In this document: in pieces, positions 27,406 to 37,155 of the stretch | Numbering within the stretch: position 1 is the first letter of the stretch | How the letters are laid out: every line of letters starts with the position of its first letter | From: Candidatus Aminicenantes bacterium | Lineage (GTDB): Bacteria; Acidobacteriota; Aminicenantia; Aminicenantales; JAFGBC01 | Assembly: GCA_963702005.1 (NCBI GenBank) | Contig: OY969696.1 | Span: 864,001-928,000, forward strand | Direction: 5' to 3' | Length of the DNA stretch: 64,000 nucleotides | Position numbers and translations under genes: made by a program | The notes under the pieces: model-generated | What the model was told of the DNA's origin: nothing | The model's input: only the letters and a program-made list of their open reading frames with translations | Databases searched by the model: none

Positions 27406-28932
27406 ATGTTTAAAAAGATCCTGATCGCGAACCGCGGCGAGATCGCCGTCCGAATCATCCGCGCCTGTCGGGAAATGGGGATCACGACCGTCGCCGTGTA
27501 TTCCGAAGCGGATCGGACCAGTCTCCACGTCCAGCTGGCCGACGAGGCCGTTCCGATCGGGCCGGCCCCCGCCGTCGAGAGCTACCTGGATATGAACCGG
27601 ATCGTCCGGGCCGCCCATGACACCGGGGCCGAGGCGATCCATCCCGGCTACGGCTTCCTGGCCGAAAACGCGGCCTTCGGCCGTCTTTGCGAAAAGGAGG
27701 GGGTCGTCTTCATAGGGCCCAACTCCGCGGCCCTCGAGCTGGTCGGCGATAAGGTCCGGGCCCGCCAAACGATGGAAAAGGCGGGGATCCCCATCATCCC
27801 GGGCATGAAGTCCGTCGCTAAGAGCCCGCACGAATGCGAAGCCGCGGCCCGCTCCCTGGGGTACCCGGTCATCGTCAAGGCTTCGGCCGGGGGCGGGGGC
27901 AAAGGGATGCGTATCGTCGCCGATGAAAAGGGCCTCGCTCCGGCTCTTGAAGCCGGCTGCCGCGAAGCCAAGTCCGCCTTCGGCGATGAGTCTGTTTACC
28001 TCGAAAAGTACATCGAGGACCCCCGGCACGTCGAGTTCCAGGTCCTGGCCGACGGCGCCGGACATACGGTTCACCTCTTCGAGCGGGAGTGCTCGATCCA
28101 GCGGCGCTTCCAGAAAATCGTCGAGGAGACGCCCTCGCCGGCGCTTGATCCCGAGTTAAGGGCCCGGATGGGGGAGACGGCCACCAGGGTCATGAAAGCG
28201 GCGGGGTACACGAACGCCGGGACCGTCGAGTTCCTCCTCGATAAAGACCGCAACTTCTACTTTCTCGAGGTCAACGCCCGGCTCCAGGTCGAACATCCCG
28301 TGACCGAGCTCGTGACCGGCCTGGACCTCGTTCGCCGCCAAATCATGATCGCGGCCGGCGAGCCGCTGGGGCTGAATCAGGACGACCTCCGCCAGCGGGG
28401 CCATGCCCTCGAATGCCGGATCTACGCCGAAGACCCCCGGCGCCGTTTTCTGCCCTCCTCCGGCCGGATCGTCTTCCTCAAGGAGCCCCAAGGCCCCGGC
28501 GTCCGCTGCGACAGCGGGATCTACGGCGGCTGGGAGGTCCCGGTTTATTACGATCCTATCCTGGCCAAGCTCATTGTCTGGGCCGAGAACCGCGAGGCGG
28601 CCTGCCGGAGGATGGCCTCCGCCCTCGACGACTATGTCGTCCTGGGGATCCATACCACGATCGATTTCCTCAAGGACGTCGTCCGCCACCCCGAGTTTCT
28701 GGCGGGCCGGACGACGACGGCTTTCCTCAAGAAGCATTTCGAGGGATGGGGAGAGGGCGGGGCGGACGAGGATACGCTTCGGCTGGCCCTGGCGGCGGCC
28801 GCTTATGACGAGATGACCCGCGCCCGAATTCCGGGGCCGTCCCGGGCCGGGGGACCCGCGCCGGGCATCCCTTCGCCATGGACAACGCTGGGCGGCTGGA
28901 GAAACGGAGGAACGGGATCCCATGAAGTTTGA
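27406..28932 (+). CDS. Biotin carboxylase subunit
   Basis: ANRGEIA, HPGYGFLAEN, GGGGKGMR, ERECSIQRR, RLQVEHPVTE. Confidence 0.93.
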   Translation: MFKKILIANRGEIAVRIIRACREMGITTVAVYSEADRTSLHVQLADEAVPIGPAPAVESYLDMNRIVRAAHDTGAEAIHPGYGFLAENAAFGRLCEKEGVVFIGPNSAALELVGDKVRARQTMEKAGIPIIPGMKSVAKSPHECEAAARSLGYPVIVKASAGGGGKGMRIVADEKGLAPALEAGCREAKSAFGDESVYLEKYIEDPRHVEFQVLADGAGHTVHLFERECSIQRRFQKIVEETPSPALDPELRARMGETATRVMKAAGYTNAGTVEFLLDKDRNFYFLEVNARLQVEHPVTELVTGLDLVRRQIMIAAGEPLGLNQDDLRQRGHALECRIYAEDPRRRFLPSSGRIVFLKEPQGPGVRCDSGIYGGWEVPVYYDPILAKLIVWAENREAACRRMASALDDYVVLGIHTTIDFLKDVVRHPEFLAGRTTTAFLKKHFEGWGEGGADEDTLRLALAAAAYDEMTRARIPGPSRAGGPAPGIPSPWTTLGGWRNGGTGSHEV

Positions 28933-29428
28933 ATTCCTGGTCGACGGTGCTCTCAGGAAGGTCTCCCTGGAGAAAAAAGACGCCGGGTTCGTCTTCCGCG
29001 AGGGCGGGACCGTCTTGGACGCTGAAATCCGGCCCGTCTCGGAGAACACCCTCCTGATCCTGGCGGGCGGCCGGTCCCATCTCGTCCGGCTCGCGCGCGC
29101 GGGCGAACGGACGCTCGTCGCCCTCCACGGGCGCGAATATGCGCTTGTAAAACCCGCCGCCGAGGCCGCGCGCTTCGGGCGGGGGGATGACAAAGTCCAC
29201 GAAGGAGAGAGGCAGGTTCGGACCCCGATGCCGGGCAAGGTCATCAAGCTCTGCGTCTCTCCCGGCGAGGAGATCCGGAAAAACCAGGTCCTGGTCATTG
29301 TCGAGGCCATGAAGATGGAAAACGAGATCGTGTCCGGGACGCCTGGCGTCGTCAAGAAGATCTTCGTCGCGGTCGGCGAACTCGTCGATCCTCAGAAGAT
29401 CCTGATCGAGATCGAGCCCCGGCCCTGA
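28922..29428 (+). CDS. Biotin carboxyl carrier protein
   Basis: PMPGKV, EAMKMEN. Confidence 0.92.
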   Translation: MKFEFLVDGALRKVSLEKKDAGFVFREGGTVLDAEIRPVSENTLLILAGGRSHLVRLARAGERTLVALHGREYALVKPAAEAARFGRGDDKVHEGERQVRTPMPGKVIKLCVSPGEEIRKNQVLVIVEAMKMENEIVSGTPGVVKKIFVAVGELVDPQKILIEIEPRP

Positions 29429-29473
29429 CCGGGAAGCGGAAGCGACGCGTAAATCCAAACGGAGGAGAAGGCC

Positions 29474-30616
29474 ATGACCAACCAAGACGCGGAATCTTTA
29501 AAGGAATGTCGGGAGATGGTCCGGGATTTCGCCCGGGCCGAGATCGGCCCCCACGTCCGGGAGTGGGATGACAAGGCCGTCTTCCCCCGCGACGTATTCC
29601 GCCGGCTGGGCGAGCTGGGCCTGATGGGGATTCTGATCCCGGAGGAGCACGGCGGCGCGGGGATGACCTACCGCCACTACGTCGCCGTCCTGGAAGAGCT
29701 GGGGGCCGTCGAGGGCGGGATCGCCCTTTCCGTCGCGGCCCACAACTCTCTGTGCACGAATCATATCTACACCTACGGGAGCGAGGGCGTCCGCCGCGCC
29801 TGGCTGGCCCGGCTGGCGAAAGGGGAAGTCCTGGGGGCCTGGGGCCTGACCGAGCCCGAGGCGGGGTCCGACTCGGGCGCGACCAAGACGACCGCCGTCC
29901 GCGAAGGCGACGGCTGGATAATAAACGGCAACAAGAATTTCATCACCCACGCCGGCGTCGGCGGCGTGGCCGTCATCATGACCCGGACGAAGCCGGGAAC
30001 CGACCACCGCGGGATCTCGGCCTTCGCCGTCCCCCTCGACGCCCCCGGCGTCACCGTGGGCAAACACGAGGACAAGGTCGGGATGAGGATCTCGGACACG
30101 GCTTCGCTCATCTTCGAGGGCTGCCGCGTCGGCGCGGAGGCCCTGCTCGGCCGCGAGGGCGAGGGCTTCATCCAGGCCATGGAGATCCTCGACGGCGGCC
30201 GGATCTCGATCGCGGCCCTGTCCGTGGGCATCGCCCGGGGCGCGCTCGACGCGGCCGTGGCCTACGCCAAGGAGCGCCGCCAGTTCGGCAAGCCCCTGGC
30301 CGCCTTCCAGGCGATCCGCTTCAAGCTGGCCGACATGGCGACCGAGGTCCAGGCGGCCCGCCTTCTGACCGAGCGGGCGGCCGAGGACAAGGACGCCGGC
30401 CGAAAAACGACCCTCCTCTCCTCCCAGGCCAAGCTCTATGCTTCCGAGGTCGCCGTCCGGGTCGCGGAGAACGCCGTCCAGATCCTGGGCGGGTACGGCT
30501 ACTGCAAGGATTACCCCGTTGAGAAATTCTGGAGGGACGCCAAGCTGTGCACGATCGGCGAGGGGACGAGCGAGATTCAGCGCCTGGTCATCGCCCGCGA
30601 AGTCATCGGGGAGTGA
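29474..30616 (+). CDS. Acyl-CoA dehydrogenase (isovaleryl/short-branched type by context)
   Basis: GLTEPEAGSD, NGNKNFIT, GGRI, RRQFGK, GEGTSEIQR. Confidence 0.9.
   Translation: MTNQDAESLKECREMVRDFARAEIGPHVREWDDKAVFPRDVFRRLGELGLMGILIPEEHGGAGMTYRHYVAVLEELGAVEGGIALSVAAHNSLCTNHIYTYGSEGVRRAWLARLAKGEVLGAWGLTEPEAGSDSGATKTTAVREGDGWIINGNKNFITHAGVGGVAVIMTRTKPGTDHRGISAFAVPLDAPGVTVGKHEDKVGMRISDTASLIFEGCRVGAEALLGREGEGFIQAMEILDGGRISIAALSVGIARGALDAAVAYAKERRQFGKPLAAFQAIRFKLADMATEVQAARLLTERAAEDKDAGRKTTLLSSQAKLYASEVAVRVAENAVQILGGYGYCKDYPVEKFWRDAKLCTIGEGTSEIQRLVIAREVIGE
30586..30616 (+). repeat. Direct repeat copy 1 (3' end of acyl-CoA dehydrogenase gene)
   Basis: GGTCATCGCCCGCGAAGTCATCGGGGAGTGA; 26 of first 27 nt match 34495-34521. 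Confidence 0.8.
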
Positions 30617-32372
30617 ACGGGATCATCACTTGCTGCCGTCTTTTCCCTTCCGCTCCGGAGACGTATTCATAGGCTCCGAGATCAAAGGCCGAGCCCTGGG
30701 GCCTGGCCGTACCGAGAAGATCCCTCTTGACCACCGAAGAGAGGTTCGAGCCGGCGTCTATACAAGGGCTGCCGGATTTGAGCTCAAAGTTCTTCCCGCC
30801 GGGAGCAGTGAAGCGGGGATCCTGGTTGATCGCGCTCGTATCCCAGGAGGGCGGAGCGCCCTTGCCGAACCAGCAGTTTCGGTAGGCCGCCGAGGAAAGC
30901 GAGACGGATTCCGCGGCCATATACGGCGCGCCCTTTGAAAAGATGATGTTATTCCTGATATCCGCTTTCGTGCCCGTTGCGACGGCCTCGGGACTGATCA
31001 GCAGGTGGCCGCTGGAAGCCGGGTCCGCGGCTCCGGACCAACCGCAGCCGTAGAGCGTGTTGTTGTAGCAGTAAACACGCGCGTTGCGTCTCGCCTCATG
31101 CCCCGTATTGATCCGGATTCCGGTATGGTAGGAAGCGTCATCGGACCACTCCGGGCCGAGTCCCGCGTTGACAATGAGGTTGTTGGTGATCCAGTTGTCG
31201 CCCGTAACGTAGTAACCCAGCATGATGCCGTCGCCCCGCTGGTTGACGATGACGTTGTCATGGATGCGGTGCCGCTCGATGAAGGCCGCGTACTCCTGCT
31301 CGCTGTAGACGTTGATCCCCCGGTTGCACTTGTTGTCGTGGATGTAGTTCCAAGCGATCTCACGATTCGATTCCGTCGGCGCTCGCGGAGGATCATCCTT
31401 TCTCCACCCTTTGCCGTAGACCCCGTGATAGAGCTTGCTGCAGGAGGCCTTCCCGACATTTTTCAACTCATTGCCGAGGACGAAGACGTCATTCCCTTCG
31501 ACGTTGATGATCCCGTCCATGCCGTCGCCGTTGGGCGCCGTCATCACGTTTCCGATGACCCGGAATCCCGTTCTGGCGGCCACGCCGATGGTTCCCGTCG
31601 TAATGGTAAACTTGGCCACAACCCAGTGGGAGGTGTAAGCGTCGTCATCCCACGAGTAATTATAGAAAGCGCGCTCGATCCCGCTGTTTCCCACCCGAGA
31701 AGTCGCTCCCGGGTAGACCACGAGGGCCTTCGGCTTGCCTTTCTCGCCGTTGGAGCCGAGGTTGACGCAGGCGCTGGAATCGGTTTCCGTCGTCTGATCG
31801 ACTCCGTTCCCGATATAGGCGATATCGCCCGGAGCGAGCGCCTGCACCGCGGTCGGGATTGTCCTCCAGGGCTTGGACCAACTGCCGTTACCGGAATTAT
31901 CCTTGCCGTCGGTCTTGACGAAATAGATGCGCCCCGCGCGCACGGTGAACTTAAGCGAATTCGATTTCCGGCCGTTCACTATGACGTAGATCTGGCCGTT
32001 TCCATCCTTGGCCAGACGGCTCACTTGAAACGAAACCATCTGCATTTTGTGGAAGGTCGAGAGGTCGGCCGGGGCGGTGGCATTGCCCCAGAAGTAGTAC
32101 GAGGCCGCCTCGCTCCCGTTGCAGTACGCTTTAGAGGATCCCCGGGTGCTGCCCAGATTGACCCCCCAGATCGTCACGATGGCCCCGTTCTGGCCCGGAA
32201 TGCGCCCCCCCGAACTGTCGCTATTGCCGGTCTTCGGGCCGCTCGTGATGTCGCTGAAGTAGAGGACCGGGGCTCCGAAGGCAGCTCCTCCGATCATGGA
32301 GATGACGGCCGCCAGTAAAACCGGCCGCAAGCGCCGGCCGCAAACTCGACCGATGGGCCCGAATCTTGGCAT
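30603..32372 (-). CDS. Secreted right-handed beta-helix protein with N-terminal Ig/IPT-like domain
   Basis: Signal peptide; WNYIHDN, IHDNVI, NNLIVN repeats; C-terminal SPCIDAG...RPQGSAFDLGAYE. Confidence 0.75.
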   Translation of the reverse strand: MPRFGPIGRVCGRRLRPVLLAAVISMIGGAAFGAPVLYFSDITSGPKTGNSDSSGGRIPGQNGAIVTIWGVNLGSTRGSSKAYCNGSEAASYYFWGNATAPADLSTFHKMQMVSFQVSRLAKDGNGQIYVIVNGRKSNSLKFTVRAGRIYFVKTDGKDNSGNGSWSKPWRTIPTAVQALAPGDIAYIGNGVDQTTETDSSACVNLGSNGEKGKPKALVVYPGATSRVGNSGIERAFYNYSWDDDAYTSHWVVAKFTITTGTIGVAARTGFRVIGNVMTAPNGDGMDGIINVEGNDVFVLGNELKNVGKASCSKLYHGVYGKGWRKDDPPRAPTESNREIAWNYIHDNKCNRGINVYSEQEYAAFIERHRIHDNVIVNQRGDGIMLGYYVTGDNWITNNLIVNAGLGPEWSDDASYHTGIRINTGHEARRNARVYCYNNTLYGCGWSGAADPASSGHLLISPEAVATGTKADIRNNIIFSKGAPYMAAESVSLSSAAYRNCWFGKGAPPSWDTSAINQDPRFTAPGGKNFELKSGSPCIDAGSNLSSVVKRDLLGTARPQGSAFDLGAYEYVSGAEGKRRQQVMIPFTPR

Positions 32373-32441
32373 TGAACTTCTCCCTTCTCGTCCGGCAATC
32401 CCCCGGATTGTTTTCAAGCGCGGACCGGATATCCCGAGTGC

Positions 32442-33494
32442 TCAGTTCACCCGGATGATGTGGGACGCGGCATTCTGTTCCTCGACCTCTGTGATGGACC
32501 TGTCGTAGTCGGCGATCGCCCCCAGCCAGTAGGTGGTTCCCGATACGAGATCGGCGGGAATCGTCAGGGTCACGTATCGCGTATCGACATTGTTGCATTT
32601 CTGGGTGAACGTCCTTGTGTCGATCAATCTGTCGTTGGTCCCGATGCTGGAGTCGGTCGAAATGTAGTAGCCGATTTTCACGGTCTGGGTGGTCTCGCCG
32701 CTGTTTTCGTAAGTGAACCAGACGCGCACCCGTTGACCCTTGTTCACGTTGTAGCGCCGCTGGCCGGAATAATCCGTGTAGGTCAGCTCGACCCCCCCGT
32801 CGGTCATCGTGCATTTGTCGTGCACGCTATACTCTCCGTCCACCCCGATCCACTTAAAAAGGTTCACGCTCACGTTCTCGATCGCGATGCCGTCCCGATG
32901 CGTGTAGAGGCTGACCAGGCCGTGGGCGGCGTCCTCGCCGAGATAAGCGTAGGCCCTGGGGCCGTTGACGCCGATATGGGTCCAATCCTCGCCCATGATG
33001 TTGTATTCACGGGATTCGTGACTCAGACCGGCCGCATGACCGTATTCATGGAGCGCCGTCGTTTCGAAGGGACGGTATTCGCCTCCGTAGGGCCACAGGT
33101 CGAGTTTGACCATATTCGCCGTGTAGTTTTCCCCGGAATAAAAAATGACATCGGCCTCGACGATGCGGCCCAGGATGTTGTACGAGTAAATTGTCACGGC
33201 CGGGTCGTAGTCGGCATTGTTCGAAAACCAAACCTCGTTTTGATCGTTGTCCAAACTCACGGAAGTATCGTCAAACTGCTGGGAGAAACGAAATTCGCTC
33301 GGATTCCTGTTGAAAGCGTTGACAACGTCCCTCAGGGCGTTCCGTATGGCGAACCCCGCGGGAAAACTCTGCTTGTGGGCCCGCATGGTCGCGTGGTCGC
33401 TGGTCCAGCGGCCGTGCGTATGATAAGCCAAAGACGCCGAACCGGCCGCCATCAAACCGAAGAAGACGGCCCAGGATATCAGCCTCTTTTTCAT
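32442..33494 (-). CDS. Secreted metzincin (matrixin-like) metalloprotease with C-terminal CARDB-like domain
   Basis: HEYGHAAGLSH plus Met-turn (NIM); YWLGAIAD...ITEVEEQN. Confidence 0.82.
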   Translation of the reverse strand: MKKRLISWAVFFGLMAAGSASLAYHTHGRWTSDHATMRAHKQSFPAGFAIRNALRDVVNAFNRNPSEFRFSQQFDDTSVSLDNDQNEVWFSNNADYDPAVTIYSYNILGRIVEADVIFYSGENYTANMVKLDLWPYGGEYRPFETTALHEYGHAAGLSHESREYNIMGEDWTHIGVNGPRAYAYLGEDAAHGLVSLYTHRDGIAIENVSVNLFKWIGVDGEYSVHDKCTMTDGGVELTYTDYSGQRRYNVNKGQRVRVWFTYENSGETTQTVKIGYYISTDSSIGTNDRLIDTRTFTQKCNNVDTRYVTLTIPADLVSGTTYWLGAIADYDRSITEVEEQNAASHIIRVN

Positions 33495-34282
33495 CTTGAC
33501 CTCCCTGACGTCTTTTTAGCGGGCGGCTTTTCCGCCGGCGGAGGGGCGGGCGTCTGATCGGGGCCCGCGAACGGCTTGGCACGGTCCGCATTCATGAAGA
33601 TCCTCGCTGGGGCCATGTCGCGGGTTAAATCGGCGATGATCGTCATGAGCTCTTCGGCCCCCACGGCGTTGCCGGGAAAATCCACGGCAGAGGGGCCGGT
33701 GGTCTGAGTCTGGAAGATGCGTCCGTTGACGGAAGTCGCGGAAACCTCCTCGAGACGGACCATCTCTCCGGTCCTCAGGAGACCATCTTGCCCCGGCAGA
33801 ACGGCCAGGCCCATCTCCGAGTAGACGCGACCCCGGACGATGCGGAGCCGGCCATCGGCACGGCCTACCAGCGGGCAAATGCTCTTGGTATTCCCCGCGA
33901 CGAACAGGATGTCAAGATCGCCCACGTCGAACTGGGGAGTGATGCTTGAGGCCATGTAGCGCATCTTCCGGGAATCCCATCCCCCCATAAATCGCAGGGT
34001 TACCGGACCGCCCGGCGCCTGCCCGAGGAACAGCCGCTCCACCCGATAGGTTACGAACGTATGGGGCACGCGCACGCCTTCCGGAGGCGTCGGCTCCGAG
34101 AGCAGGTATTCGATCTTCTCCACCCGTCCTGCGAACACGAGCTCGGATCGGGCGGCCATGTCCTTGAAAGACAGCCGTCCCGGCGATGCTTGCACGGTTC
34201 CGGCGTCTAAGGCCATTGTCGCCATCGCGGCCGAAATGAGCCCCAGAAGCGCGATTCTCCTTAGCCAAGAATTGCCTTTCAT
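33491..34282 (-). CDS. Secreted hypothetical protein
   Basis: AAGGAGG RBS, signal peptide, ELVFAGRV...TFVTYRV...GG...PQF; ATGA overlap with protease. Confidence 0.7.
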   Translation of the reverse strand: MKGNSWLRRIALLGLISAAMATMALDAGTVQASPGRLSFKDMAARSELVFAGRVEKIEYLLSEPTPPEGVRVPHTFVTYRVERLFLGQAPGGPVTLRFMGGWDSRKMRYMASSITPQFDVGDLDILFVAGNTKSICPLVGRADGRLRIVRGRVYSEMGLAVLPGQDGLLRTGEMVRLEEVSATSVNGRIFQTQTTGPSAVDFPGNAVGAEELMTIIADLTRDMAPARIFMNADRAKPFAGPDQTPAPPPAEKPPAKKTSGRSR

Positions 34283-34494
34283 ACATACCTCCTTTGCTCT
34301 CAATTCAGTCGGCATCAAAAAATGATGCGCCTCTCCCAGGACGAAAGCTTATAATAGCGAGCGCAGCGGATGAATTGATTTTTGCTCCCCTCACCTCTTT
34401 GACATTCACTATAGATATTAAGGCATTCAATGTCAAACCGTAATCCGAAGATCGCACAAGGGGAGTTTCTTTGAATGGGAATCTCGGACGATGC

Positions 34495-34525
34495 GGTCAT
34501 CGCCCGCGAATTCATCGGGGAATAG
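34495..34525 (+). repeat. Direct repeat copy 2 (displaced acyl-CoA dehydrogenase 3' end)
   Basis: GGTCATCGCCCGCGAATTCATCGGGGAATAG encodes VIAREFIGE* versus VIAREVIGE*. Confidence 0.8.
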
Positions 34526-34534
34526 AGTCCGAAA

Positions 34535-35782
34535 TCACTCCCCGCGGCGGTAGACGACGGCAGTAACCGTCTTGTCGTTCCCGCCCATGTTCACGGATAG
34601 TCCGTAAGGGCGGTTCGGGGGAACGGCAACCTGCCAATTTCCCGCCTTTCCCGTGAGCTGCTGCCAAACCGTGACGGCTTGCCGGACGCCCGTGCCGCCC
34701 GTGGGATGCCCCCAGCCGATGAGGCCGCCGCAGGTGTTGATGGGGATCGCTCCTTGTCGGGCCGTGTTCCCGCCCAGGATGTAGTCGGCCCCTTCCCCTT
34801 GCTTGGCGAGGCCGATCGCCTCGACCGACAGCAGCCCCGAGATCGTGAAGCAGTCGTGGCATTCGATCGTTCCGATCTCGCCGAGGCCGACTCCGGCCGT
34901 CTCCAAGGCCTTGGCCACGGCCCGGGCCGTCGTTTCCAGACGGGTCGGGTCCCCGGGAGGGACGGTCAGGTCCGCTTCGACCTGTCCCCAGCCGGCGATT
35001 TCGACGGCGTCCGCGGGAGAGATCCCCGCCCGCTTCAAGCCTCCTGCGGAGAGGACGGCGATGGCGGAGGCGGCGTCGGAAACCTTGGAGCAGTCGTAGA
35101 CATTCAGGTGATCGACAAAGCTCCGGGGATTCGGCTCGGTCAGGGCCAGGGATTCCAGATCTTGAGCCGTGTTGTGGAATTCCTGGGCCGTCTCGCACAG
35201 CCGGGCGTTTTCGATCGCCTGGCGGTACCAGCGGGCGAACGCCCGCCGCGTCTTCTCTCGGCCGTATTTCTCGAAATAAGCTCCCGTCCGGTCGCTGAAC
35301 TGGGCCGGGAAGAAATAGGCGTGGCCATTCTTGCGCTCCCCCCGGTACCAACCCGCGCCGGCCAGGATGTCCGCTCCGTAGATGGCCTTGACCGTGTTCT
35401 GGACTTCGACCCCGATGACGAGGACAATGTCGGCCGTCCCGGCCAGCACGGACTTGACCGCCGTCGCCAGCCCCAGTCCTCCCGAGCCGCAGGCGCCTTC
35501 GACCCGGGTGCACGGCTTCCAGCGCAGGTCGGGGTCCACGGACGGGATTAGGGCCGCGAGATTACCCTGCCTGTTGAAGCGGGCCGCCATGAAATTGCTG
35601 ATAATGCCTTCGTCGACGTTCGCCCCGCCCCCGATCTGCTTGAGCGTTCCCTGGCCGGCTTCCCGAATGTACTCTTCGAGGCCCGGCCGGGCTTTCTTGG
35701 GATGGAACTCCTTCCGGCCCGTCCCCATCGAGACGGTGTTGTACCCCGCCGTCATGAAGATTTTTTTCCGCCGCTTCGTCAT
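34535..35782 (-). CDS. SCP2-type thiolase
   Basis: EGACGSG, HDCF, GHPTGGTG. Confidence 0.88.
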   Translation of the reverse strand: MTKRRKKIFMTAGYNTVSMGTGRKEFHPKKARPGLEEYIREAGQGTLKQIGGGANVDEGIISNFMAARFNRQGNLAALIPSVDPDLRWKPCTRVEGACGSGGLGLATAVKSVLAGTADIVLVIGVEVQNTVKAIYGADILAGAGWYRGERKNGHAYFFPAQFSDRTGAYFEKYGREKTRRAFARWYRQAIENARLCETAQEFHNTAQDLESLALTEPNPRSFVDHLNVYDCSKVSDAASAIAVLSAGGLKRAGISPADAVEIAGWGQVEADLTVPPGDPTRLETTARAVAKALETAGVGLGEIGTIECHDCFTISGLLSVEAIGLAKQGEGADYILGGNTARQGAIPINTCGGLIGWGHPTGGTGVRQAVTVWQQLTGKAGNWQVAVPPNRPYGLSVNMGGNDKTVTAVVYRRGE

Positions 35783-35793
35783 GGCTTGACCTC

Positions 35794-37131
35794 TCAGTCG
35801 AAATAGTTATTGATCGGGCCGTAGGCGTGGTAGAAGCCCGTGAGTAGGACCGTGTTGACGTCCTCGTCCCGGGCCGCAACTCCGTCCCGGACGAGTCCCA
35901 GCCCTATTTCCTTGGACGTCCGTCCGTAGGTCCGGGCGAGCTCGGCCCCCAGAGTCGTCATCGTCCTCAGCTCTCCGAAATAGACGTCGAGGGCTTTGGC
36001 CCGGTCGGGAAGCTGAATGACGCTCTTCCAGGGTTTGGCCTGTCCGGGAAGGGCTCCAATTTTTCCGTCGCTGCGGCCGGCAATGTCGGTAAAAGACACA
36101 TAGGCCCGTGTCTCGGGGTCGAAGACTCCGGCCGGCCGGCCCTTCTCGTATTTCAGGATTCCGTCTTTCTGGGATCCGTCGGCGAACTGCCCGCTCTTGA
36201 TCCCCAGCGAGATGAGCCGGTCGAGCAGGGGGCTGCTCAGGCCGCGCCCCGGCAGGCGCTCGTTCATAACGTTCAAGATGCATTGGCAGACGTCGAGGCC
36301 GACGTAGTCGACGAGCTGGAAGATGCCCATGGGCCGGATCAGGAAGTCCTGGCTGACCTTGTTGACCATGTAGACGGCGTCGACGAAGCCGTGCTCCGGG
36401 GCGAGCCGCTCAACCTCGGCGATCCCGTGGAGAGCGTCCCGCATGAAATGCCCGTTGCCGATGAAACCGGCGACGTCGTGCGAGGGGACGACCGTCTTGC
36501 GCAGCTTCTTGGCGAATTCGGCGGCAAAGCCGGCCAGATCGGGGAGCGTCGCCTCGGCCCGGATGACCTCGACCAGCCTTTGGACGGCCGGGGGATTATA
36601 GAAGTGGAACCCGATGACCCGGCCGCCCAGGTTCGCCTTTTGGTTCAACTCGGAGATGGGAATGGACGACGTGTTCGTCAGGAACCAAGCGTCCCGGCCG
36701 CCCCGGGAGACGATCTCCGAGTAGAGCTTGACCTTGAGCTCCGGGTTTTCATTGACGGCCTCGAAGACGAGGGTGGAATCGCCTGCGCTCTCAACCCGGG
36801 TCGTGGGCTGGACGACCGACAGCACATCCTCGACGTATTGCCGGATGATCTCCTCGTTCTCGACGAGGTCCTCGCGCTTCTGGTAGGCCTTGCGGAGCCA
36901 GACCGCCTTCTTCTCCGCCGCCCGCAGGACCTGCGATCGGAGGTACTTGAGGAGGCCGGCCAGGGCTTCCTCGGAGACGTCGACGGCCCTGAGCGCAAAC
37001 GAGCGCGACTCGTTCCCGGGCTCCAGGCTCAGGTCCGCCATTTCCATGGCCGTGAGCAGGACGATCCCGCTTCCCATCTTTCCGGCGGCGCCCAGAACCG
37101 CCACTTTCTCGAGCCGATCGGCGTAGGACAT
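35794..37131 (-). CDS. 3-hydroxyacyl-CoA dehydrogenase family
   Basis: GAAGKMGSG, FEAVNEN, TNTSS, GFHFYNP, GFIGN, DYVGLD. Confidence 0.88.
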   Translation of the reverse strand: MSYADRLEKVAVLGAAGKMGSGIVLLTAMEMADLSLEPGNESRSFALRAVDVSEEALAGLLKYLRSQVLRAAEKKAVWLRKAYQKREDLVENEEIIRQYVEDVLSVVQPTTRVESAGDSTLVFEAVNENPELKVKLYSEIVSRGGRDAWFLTNTSSIPISELNQKANLGGRVIGFHFYNPPAVQRLVEVIRAEATLPDLAGFAAEFAKKLRKTVVPSHDVAGFIGNGHFMRDALHGIAEVERLAPEHGFVDAVYMVNKVSQDFLIRPMGIFQLVDYVGLDVCQCILNVMNERLPGRGLSSPLLDRLISLGIKSGQFADGSQKDGILKYEKGRPAGVFDPETRAYVSFTDIAGRSDGKIGALPGQAKPWKSVIQLPDRAKALDVYFGELRTMTTLGAELARTYGRTSKEIGLGLVRDGVAARDEDVNTVLLTGFYHAYGPINNYFD

Positions 37132-37155
37132 GGATCTCGCCTCCTCCCGGCCCTC

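Noticed and set aside
24951-27485. Long antisense ORFs (also 135-839, 2906-4837, 13266-15071, 36283-38004, 55478-57202, 63160-63948)
   Set aside because: Mirror frames of well-supported genes in high-GC DNA, with no motifs of their own
32372-32444. Protease TGA is in frame with the downstream beta-helix ORF (second read-through?)
   Set aside because: No SECIS-like hairpin with a GU apex; the downstream gene has its own RBS, ATG and signal peptide; the protease ends naturally
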